In this document: piece after piece, positions 57,505 through 64,000 of the stretch
How positions within the stretch are numbered: position 1 is the first letter of the stretch
Layout of the letters: every line of letters starts with the position of its first letter
NCBI GenBank assembly: GCA_025057955.1
Contig: JANXER010000001.1
Span: forward strand, 46,917 to 110,916
Source of the DNA: Candidatus Methanomethylicaceae archaeon
GTDB lineage: Archaea; Thermoproteota; Methanomethylicia; Methanomethylicales; Methanomethylicaceae
Length of the DNA stretch: 64,000 nucleotides
Direction of reading: 5' to 3'
Program-made: the position numbers and the translations under genes
Notes under the pieces: model-generated
Seen by the model: the letters and a program-made list of their open reading frames with translations, nothing else
Databases searched by the model: none
What the model was told of the DNA's origin: nothing

Positions 57505-57571
57505 ATATATACTATTCCTAAATAGTATATATTTAAGTATATATCATATATATTAAAGATATCATATATAT
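57505..57571. promoter_or_regulatory. Candidate operator array in the divergent pstS / PhoU-AbrB promoter
   Basis: 12-bp inverted repeat ATATATACTATT-CCTA-AATAGTATATAT (57505-57532); 13-bp direct repeat ATATCATATATAT (57541-57553, 57559-57571). Confidence 0.55.
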
Positions 57572-57575
57572 AAAG

Positions 57576-58574
57576 GTGAATCTAATGATAAGACGTATAC
57601 AAAAAGTTGGAGCCTCAACATATACAGTTTCTCTTCCAAAGGAGTGGGTTAAATCAAATGGCTTAGATGCAAAATCTGAGGTGGATGTGCAAATAATGGA
57701 AGATGGAAGCATTCGCATATCTACGCTTAGTTCAAGAAAAAAAGAGAGGGAAATTTTAATAAAGGAAAAAGAGGGCGATGTTGGCTTTCTAATTAGAAAA
57801 ATCATGGCAGCTTACATAGCTGGTTATGATATAATAAGGGTGGATCTCTCAGAGATTCTACCAAAGTTTGAGGGGAGGGATAAGCTTAGAAAAATCATTA
57901 AAAGTAAAATGGCTGGAGGGGAGATAATAGAAGAATCAATCAATCATATAATTATACAGATAATTTTCAGGCCATATGAATATCCATTGAATAAAATTCT
58001 AATGAGAATGGCTACATTAGTTCATGATATGATTTTAGATGTCTGTAGAGCCTTGAGTATAAAAAATAGAGATATTCTAATGGATGTAATTGAAAGGGAT
58101 GATGATGTTGATAAGCTATACTTTATGGGGAGCAGATGGCTTGCAAGTATTGTAGAAGATAGCTACTCCTCAATAGATCATGATATTGAGTCTGCTAGAG
58201 AAGTCTTAGAATATAGAATAGTGTTCAGACACGTGGAAAGAGTAGCAGATCATATGTGTAAAATTGCTACAATATTATTGAATCTATTTGATAAATTGGA
58301 TGATGATCATATCAATGTAATAAGAGAACTTCTTGAAGGAGTTGGAACAATATTTGTTAGATCTGTAAATTGTATCAAAACAAGAAATCTTCTTGATGCA
58401 AATAAAGTTATACATGATGCTAGAGTTATAATAAAATCAAGTGAGGATGCTCTAACTGGAAATCTTCTACTCAAAAAGGAAGTAAATAAATTGATAATAG
58501 CACTAGATAGCATAAGAAGAATTGCTGAATATGGAATAGGCATCTCTGAAATAGCTTTCAACATGAATATTTAA
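57576..58574 (+). CDS. AbrB-domain PhoU family phosphate regulator
   Basis: RRIQKVGASTYTVSLPKEWV, AAYIAGYD, RDDDVDKLY, ERVADH, SIRRIAEY; divergent from pstS. Confidence 0.9.
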   Translation: MNLMIRRIQKVGASTYTVSLPKEWVKSNGLDAKSEVDVQIMEDGSIRISTLSSRKKEREILIKEKEGDVGFLIRKIMAAYIAGYDIIRVDLSEILPKFEGRDKLRKIIKSKMAGGEIIEESINHIIIQIIFRPYEYPLNKILMRMATLVHDMILDVCRALSIKNRDILMDVIERDDDVDKLYFMGSRWLASIVEDSYSSIDHDIESAREVLEYRIVFRHVERVADHMCKIATILLNLFDKLDDDHINVIRELLEGVGTIFVRSVNCIKTRNLLDANKVIHDARVIIKSSEDALTGNLLLKKEVNKLIIALDSIRRIAEYGIGISEIAFNMNI

Positions 58575-58577
58575 TAT

Positions 58578-59363
58578 TTAGATTCTTCTAGCTACAATCA
58601 TTAAACTAAAGGCCCACCAAGGATCATTGAAGCTATCAAGGTTCATAAGGTTTAAAGGAGGATCATATATATCTTCAATATTCCACTCTATGGAGATTGT
58701 TTTTAAGTAATCATTAATAGAATAAAGAGGATATTCTCGTTCCACCCTAGCGATATAATTTAATTTACTTCCACATTTTTTATAAAATTCCTTTTCTGTC
58801 TTAAGCATGGATGTAGTTAGATTGTATTTCCAAGTATGTAGCGATAGTATATCATCATTGAAATTAAACCACCTTTGGATTGAGGGGGATGAAAAAAGCG
58901 AAATTAATAGCTTCTCCTTTACAATATCCACTAGCAGAAGAATCCCTCCTTCTCTTATTTTATCCTTCAAATTTTTGAGAAATAACTTCATTTCATCAAG
59001 ATTTTTCCATGCTGAAGCTAATATGCATATGGCAGCATCAAATTCAGCCTTGGAGAAAAATAAAGTTCTATAATCACCAACAATATAATCAATATTATTC
59101 ATTAATCTTAAATTTTCAGCAATCTTCTTAGCTTCCTCAACACATTTCCTAGATAGATCTATTCCAGTAATCATATATCCTCTTGCTGCAAGACGATTGG
59201 ATATTCGCCCCACACCACATCCAAGATCGATTATGTGTCTAAATTTTCCCTTTCTTTTGAGAACCATATCAATAAAATCCACATCTCTATCGCCAGTCCA
59301 ATAGTTGCTTTTTATTATATTATACCATAAATCCTCATCGTAACCATATATTTTATTCACCAT
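58578..59363 (-). CDS. Class I SAM-dependent methyltransferase
   Basis: IIDLGCGVGR, GIDLS, GDYR, FDAAIC, GGILLL; overlaps oppD stop. Confidence 0.85.
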   Translation of the reverse strand: MVNKIYGYDEDLWYNIIKSNYWTGDRDVDFIDMVLKRKGKFRHIIDLGCGVGRISNRLAARGYMITGIDLSRKCVEEAKKIAENLRLMNNIDYIVGDYRTLFFSKAEFDAAICILASAWKNLDEMKLFLKNLKDKIREGGILLLVDIVKEKLLISLFSSPSIQRWFNFNDDILSLHTWKYNLTTSMLKTEKEFYKKCGSKLNYIARVEREYPLYSINDYLKTISIEWNIEDIYDPPLNLMNLDSFNDPWWAFSLMIVARRI

Positions 59364-60294
59364 AAAGAAGACACCTCACCATTCCATCATCAACTGGAAT
59401 TAACTTAGGCCTTAATTGTTTACATTTGGAATTGGAATGAGGGCATCTGGGATGAAAGTTACAGCCAGCTGGTAGTGAATTTATACTAGGTGGCTCTCCT
59501 TGTATAGGAATGAGCCCCCTTGAGGGCAGGGAATTCAATAAAGCTTGAGAATATGGATGTCTTGGAGATTCAAAGAAAACTTTGCTACTGCATAATTCCA
59601 ACACATCCCCCCAGTATAATACACATATTCTATCAGCAATTTCCCTAAGGAAGCTCAAATCATGAGAAACAATAACCATGGATTTAGTCATCTCCTTAGA
59701 AATTTTTAAGAGGTTTGTAACCAATTTTTTAGTTTTTCCATCTAATCCCTTGGTGGGTTCATCCACAAAGATTATTTCAGATGGAGCTGAAATTCCCATG
59801 GCAACCAAAACCCTCTGAAGCATTCCACCGCTTAATTGACTTCGATATCCCTTGGCAACTTTAATGGGATTATTTATACCCAGTTTATCCAGTAAATCTA
59901 TAGCTAGCTTCTGACCATTATTTTTCAATATTCCAAAATGTTCCATTGGACGTTCAGATATTTGAATCCAATTTGATATACAAGGATTTAATGAGGCAAA
60001 GCCTTGTGGAATTAGTGAGAAGTTTTTCCCAAGAATATTTCTGAACTTCCTTTCATCTATACTCAATAAGTTCAAACCCTTATAGTATATATCACCATCT
60101 ACTTTAGCATTTTTAGGAAGAAGTCTTAAAGTTGCTTGAAGTAATACACTCTTTCCACTTCCAGATTCTCCTACTATACCTAGCACTTCTCCTCTATTAA
60201 CTTCAAAATTTATTTCCCTTAAGGCCCTTATCCTCAATCCATACATTTCAAATGTAACATTAAGATTATGATATTTGAGTAAAACTTCGTTCAT
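59353..60294 (-). CDS. Peptide/nickel ABC transporter ATPase (OppD/DppD)
   Basis: GESGSGKS, LSGGMLQR, DEPT, HPYSQAL, C-terminal GCNFHPRC..C motif. Confidence 0.92.
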   Translation of the reverse strand: MNEVLLKYHNLNVTFEMYGLRIRALREINFEVNRGEVLGIVGESGSGKSVLLQATLRLLPKNAKVDGDIYYKGLNLLSIDERKFRNILGKNFSLIPQGFASLNPCISNWIQISERPMEHFGILKNNGQKLAIDLLDKLGINNPIKVAKGYRSQLSGGMLQRVLVAMGISAPSEIIFVDEPTKGLDGKTKKLVTNLLKISKEMTKSMVIVSHDLSFLREIADRICVLYWGDVLELCSSKVFFESPRHPYSQALLNSLPSRGLIPIQGEPPSINSLPAGCNFHPRCPHSNSKCKQLRPKLIPVDDGMVRCLLYGE

Positions 60295-60307
60295 TAACCC
60301 CCATCCC

Positions 60308-61090
60308 TTAAGATGTATTATTCAGAATTAGCGATTTAGTATATGAATGATGTGGGTTTATTAAAACTTCATTTGTTAAACCTGACTCCACAAACTTTCC
60401 CTTGAACATTATAAAAATCCTATTCGATACATATTTTGCCAATTCCAAATCATGAGTTATAAATATCATTCCCATGTTATACTTGGATTGAATGTCTAGA
60501 AGAATTTTAATTATTTTAGCTTGAAGAGAGGGATCCAGCATGGATGTAGGCTCATCGGCAATTAAGATATATGGCATAAGTAAAATTGCCCTAGCGATTA
60601 CAACACGTTGAAGTTCTCCTCCACTTACATTTCCAGGCTTTCTCATAAGGACTTCCATTCTTATACCAATCATTTCACATATTTCTCTTACTAAATCCCT
60701 CTCCTCTTGCTTAGAGGCTATTAATTTATGAATTCTAAGTGGCTCCACTAAGCTGTCATATAGATACCATGTTGGATCCAAAGCTAAATCTGGAAGCTGA
60801 GGTATATATTGAACTTTTATTCTGAAAATTCTTCTTTCCATTTCGCTCATTTCATCAATTCTTTTGTTCAAAAATCTAATCTCTCCAGATGTTGGAGGAA
60901 TCATGCCACATAAAATTTTAGCAAGAGTAGTCTTACCACTACCCGATTCACCAACTATACATACTCTCTCGCCTTTCTTAATAGAAAAATTCACTCTATC
61001 TAAAGCCAATGTTTTATTTCCATAAATTTTTGATACATTGATAGCAGTAAGTTCTACATCCTCCCTAGATGGTTCATTTTTTAATTTCAT
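60308..61090 (-). CDS. Peptide/nickel ABC transporter ATPase (OppF/NikE-like)
   Basis: GESGSGKTT, SGGELQR, ADEPTSMLD, ITHDL, HSYTKSL. Confidence 0.9.
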   Translation of the reverse strand: MKLKNEPSREDVELTAINVSKIYGNKTLALDRVNFSIKKGERVCIVGESGSGKTTLAKILCGMIPPTSGEIRFLNKRIDEMSEMERRIFRIKVQYIPQLPDLALDPTWYLYDSLVEPLRIHKLIASKQEERDLVREICEMIGIRMEVLMRKPGNVSGGELQRVVIARAILLMPYILIADEPTSMLDPSLQAKIIKILLDIQSKYNMGMIFITHDLELAKYVSNRIFIMFKGKFVESGLTNEVLINPHHSYTKSLILNNTS

Positions 61091-61905
61091 ATTATATCCT
61101 CCATTGATCTAGTGGAGAGCTTCTGCCTTTGTTCAAGCCCCATTCCCAATATTATGAAGGCTAGACTTGTAATAGATATAGCAAGACCAGGAGGTATGAA
61201 AGTCCACCATGCTCCATAGAGAAGAGCCCCTCTTGTCATAGCAAAGTGAAGCATCGTCCCCCAACTGGGATTTGTTGGATCTCCCAATCCAATAAAGCTT
61301 AATCCAGCCTCTATTAAAATTGCATGGGATACACTTAATATGAATCTAGCTGAAGCTATTCCTAAAACATTGGGGAGCACATGTTTGAAGACAATGTAGG
61401 TTTTACTTGCACCTAAAGCTAGAAGGCTCTCTATGAATGGTGCTGATTTCAGTTGCCAAGCGCGAGCACGAACTAATCTAGCTGTGGTAGGCCACCAAAG
61501 AAGCCCTATTACTATAACTATATTCCAAAATGATGGAGATAAATAAGCAGCTAAAACTATCATAAGTGGAAGAGCAGGTATAACTAAAAATACATCAATA
61601 ATTACTCCCAATACATCATCCAAGACTCCTCTAAAGAATCCTGATAATGCACCAATAATGGTTCCAATTATTGTAGAAAATAGAGCGCCAAGAAATCCCA
61701 CCAGAAGAGAAGTCCTACTTCCAATAATCAAAAGCTCTAATATATCATCTCCTAAATCATCTGTCCCCAATGGATTTTGTATGGATGGAGGGGAGTATTG
61801 TTTAGATTTAGGAAAATCAATTATGCTTCCAATTCCAAAGCTTAAAAGTGCCATGAAAATTATGCATGATATTATCGAAATTCCAATGATTTCCATTTTA
61901 TTCAT
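61087..61905 (-). CDS. Peptide/nickel ABC transporter permease (OppC/DppC)
   Basis: PLGTDDLG.D, HVLPN, EAGLSFIGLG, PSWG.M, WW...PPG. Confidence 0.92.
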   Translation of the reverse strand: MNKMEIIGISIISCIIFMALLSFGIGSIIDFPKSKQYSPPSIQNPLGTDDLGDDILELLIIGSRTSLLVGFLGALFSTIIGTIIGALSGFFRGVLDDVLGVIIDVFLVIPALPLMIVLAAYLSPSFWNIVIVIGLLWWPTTARLVRARAWQLKSAPFIESLLALGASKTYIVFKHVLPNVLGIASARFILSVSHAILIEAGLSFIGLGDPTNPSWGTMLHFAMTRGALLYGAWWTFIPPGLAISITSLAFIILGMGLEQRQKLSTRSMEDII

Positions 61906-62881
61906 TTTCTCCCATCCTTATACGAGGATCAAATATATAGGAAAGTACATCAGCAATGGCATTTGCTAAAACCACAATTAAAGAGACTGCCGTAAAGGCA
62001 CCTTGTAATAATGGATAATCTCTTTCCACCACCGCTTGCCACATGGTATATCCTATGCCGGGCCAGCTGAAGGCTATTTCCACCAATAGCGCTCCTGAGA
62101 AGGCAAAGCCAAGTTCCATAGCAGCTAAGGAGAGAAAGGGAGCTAGTGATGGCAGGAGAAGATGTCTAATCCTCAGCTTAATCCAACTCAATCCCTTCGA
62201 TCTAGCAGTCATTACAAAAGGCTCTTCAGCTATCTCCATAGTCAATCCTCTGATTATAATCGAAATATAAGCGATATTAAGGATAGTAAGCAAGCTAAAG
62301 GGAAGGGCAATATGATGTAAAATAGAGATTATATTAGCATCCTTAGGAGGGGCTCCTCCAGTGGGAGTTAAATTTAACCAAAGCGAAAATACCAAAAGCA
62401 AAAGCATGGCAAACCAATATGATGGAATGGAATGAAGGGCAATCAAAAAGGATGAAACACTTCTTTTTAAATGGCTATTACTATTAAATCCAAGAGATAG
62501 CCCAAGTAAAGTGCCTATGAAGAGGGATAGAATGGTGGATGGAATAGTTAGCATTAATGTTAAGGGAATTCTTTCTGCTATAATTTCTGCAACCGATCTT
62601 CCAAAGCTAAAGGATTGTCCAAAATCTCCATTGATTATATTGCCAATATATATTAAGAATTGCTCGCTCAAGGATTTATCAAGACCATATTTTTCGCTGA
62701 GGGATTGAAGCAATTGAGGGTTTCTAATGGCAGCTCCATAAACCTCCTCACCAAATAGAAAGACCAAAGGATCTCCTGGCATCATTCTAGGTAGAATGAA
62801 GTTTATCGAAATTATAATAAATATAGTAAAACCATATCTCAAGATCTTGAGAAAAAAGGAGGATTTTTTGAAAGATTTCAA
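61898..62881 (-). CDS. Peptide/nickel ABC transporter permease (OppB/DppB)
   Basis: PRMMPGDP, YGLD, GDFGQS, TARSKGL, E.AFSWPGIG, RDYPLLQG, DPRIR; start placed at TTG 62881 after GAGGAGG. Confidence 0.92.
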   Translation of the reverse strand: MKSFKKSSFFLKILRYGFTIFIIISINFILPRMMPGDPLVFLFGEEVYGAAIRNPQLLQSLSEKYGLDKSLSEQFLIYIGNIINGDFGQSFSFGRSVAEIIAERIPLTLMLTIPSTILSLFIGTLLGLSLGFNSNSHLKRSVSSFLIALHSIPSYWFAMLLLLVFSLWLNLTPTGGAPPKDANIISILHHIALPFSLLTILNIAYISIIIRGLTMEIAEEPFVMTARSKGLSWIKLRIRHLLLPSLAPFLSLAAMELGFAFSGALLVEIAFSWPGIGYTMWQAVVERDYPLLQGAFTAVSLIVVLANAIADVLSYIFDPRIRMGENE

Positions 62882-62893
62882 AAAATTCCTCCT
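62851..62893 (-). terminator. Hairpin plus U-tract at the oppA/oppB junction, sequestering the oppB SD and start
   Basis: Minus strand AGGAGGAATTTTTTGAAA-TC-TTTCAAAAAATCCTCCT then TTTTT; 17-bp stem with a 1-nt bulge. Confidence 0.6.
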
Positions 62894-63999
62894 CACTTTA
62901 TTGAATACCAAGTATCTCTTCCTAATATACCGTACATGGGTTCATATGAGATTCCTTCCACCAGATCGGATCTATAAGGCTGTATTATCTTGCCCCAATA
63001 GAGGGGGATGACATACATTCTTTCAGCATATAGATCTTGAATTCTTTCATAGAGCTGCTTTACTCTTGTTTGGTTTGCAGTTCTCAGTATTTCATCCACA
63101 ATAGCAATATATTCAGGATCATCCACATTGGCCCAGCCCATATTTCTATGATCGAAATAGAGCGTTCCAGCGCCAGCGTACATCATCATTCCCCAGAAGG
63201 TGGTTCTAGAAATAGCAGCATCAAAGTCCTTTGTCCTCTGAGTTAAGGTTTGAAATGTACTAACATCAACTGGAGTAATTTGAACTCTTATTCCTATTTT
63301 TTCAAGATCTCTCTTCACCAATTCAGCTAGCCTTAGGGATTCTGCTATATCCGATCTAGCGATGATTTTCATAATCATGGATGTACCATTTGGATAATCT
63401 CTCCAACCATCTCCATTTCTATCAAAAAAGCCAAGGGATGATAAAAGTTGTTCAGCATAAGAAGAATTCTTTGAGAGCTTTGGCTTGATTACATAATAGT
63501 CCCAGCAGTTGGGTATCCAACCTCTAGTTGGTATTTCACCATATCCAGCTGCTATATAGTTTAAATAATCCCCATAATCCAGAGCATATGATATAGCAAT
63601 TCTAAACTCAGTAATATTGTAGGGGTAGCGCTTACAATTAAACCAAAGGCTATTGTCAACACCGAAATTGGGATATACCATTATCGTAATGTTCTTATCT
63701 CCTAAGAGGGATGGCACATATATTGGATCTATTCCCTTGGCATAGGCATAAGTGGTGGCAATTTCACCTTTCTTCAAAGCCATTAACATGGCATCTGTTG
63801 TAGTATAAAACTTTAGGATTACTTTATCCACATTGGGCTTACCCTTCCAATAGTCCTTATTTGCTATAAAAGTCATGGTTCCTGAGGCTGAATCAAATCC
63901 TTGGTATATAAAGGGACCACAACCAATATTTCTATTATTTCCAGTATAAGCTGAAGGATCAGTTACATTGAACCATACATGCTTTGGTATAAGCCTTGT
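62893..63999 (-). CDS. Family 5 ABC substrate-binding protein (OppA/DppA/NikA), 5' truncated by window edge
   Basis: IPKHVW and GCGPF (read upstream of the tracked ORF), NKDYW.G.P, FRIAISYALD, DRNGDGWRD. Confidence 0.92.
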   Translation of the reverse strand, partial: TRLIPKHVWFNVTDPSAYTGNNRNIGCGPFIYQGFDSASGTMTFIANKDYWKGKPNVDKVILKFYTTTDAMLMALKKGEIATTYAYAKGIDPIYVPSLLGDKNITIMVYPNFGVDNSLWFNCKRYPYNITEFRIAISYALDYGDYLNYIAAGYGEIPTRGWIPNCWDYYVIKPKLSKNSSYAEQLLSSLGFFDRNGDGWRDYPNGTSMIMKIIARSDIAESLRLAELVKRDLEKIGIRVQITPVDVSTFQTLTQRTKDFDAAISRTTFWGMMMYAGAGTLYFDHRNMGWANVDDPEYIAIVDEILRTANQTRVKQLYERIQDLYAERMYVIPLYWGKIIQPYRSDLVEGISYEPMYGILGRDTWYSIK

Positions 64000-64000
64000 G

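Overview
AT-rich, gene-dense chromosome segment of a TACK archaeon. It is probably a methylotrophic Methanomethylicia/Verstraetearchaeota-like organism; this is inferred from Cren7, crenarchaeal-type gene order and an MT2 methyltransferase + corrinoid protein pair. Most of the window is core housekeeping: a cdc6/DP1 locus, the eIF5A-SRP54-Pus10-L21e-RpoF-KsgA and L10e-Dph2-Csl4-RpoL-TFS-PCNA-primase-GINS-L44e-S27e-aIF2a-Nop10 superoperons, AglB, IleRS, PyrH, aRF1, proBAC, pstSCAB-phoU and an Opp/Nik-type ABC operon. I found three tRNAs (Gln-TTG, Ser-TGA, intron-containing Leu-CAA). Two genes missing from the ORF track were read directly: a 47-aa Cys4 zinc-ribbon Cren7 and Nop10. There is also a decayed speE pseudogene. 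Notable non-coding structure: an ORB-like box and AT-rich tract before cdc6, a perfect 43-bp palindrome, a 33-bp copy of a transporter's 5' coding sequence in its own upstream region, a 20-bp repeat 7.9 kb apart, a Pho-operator candidate and an SD-sequestering hairpin at the oppA/oppB junction. I saw no CRISPR array, transposase, integrase or rRNA. All family assignments come from motif recognition, not database searches.
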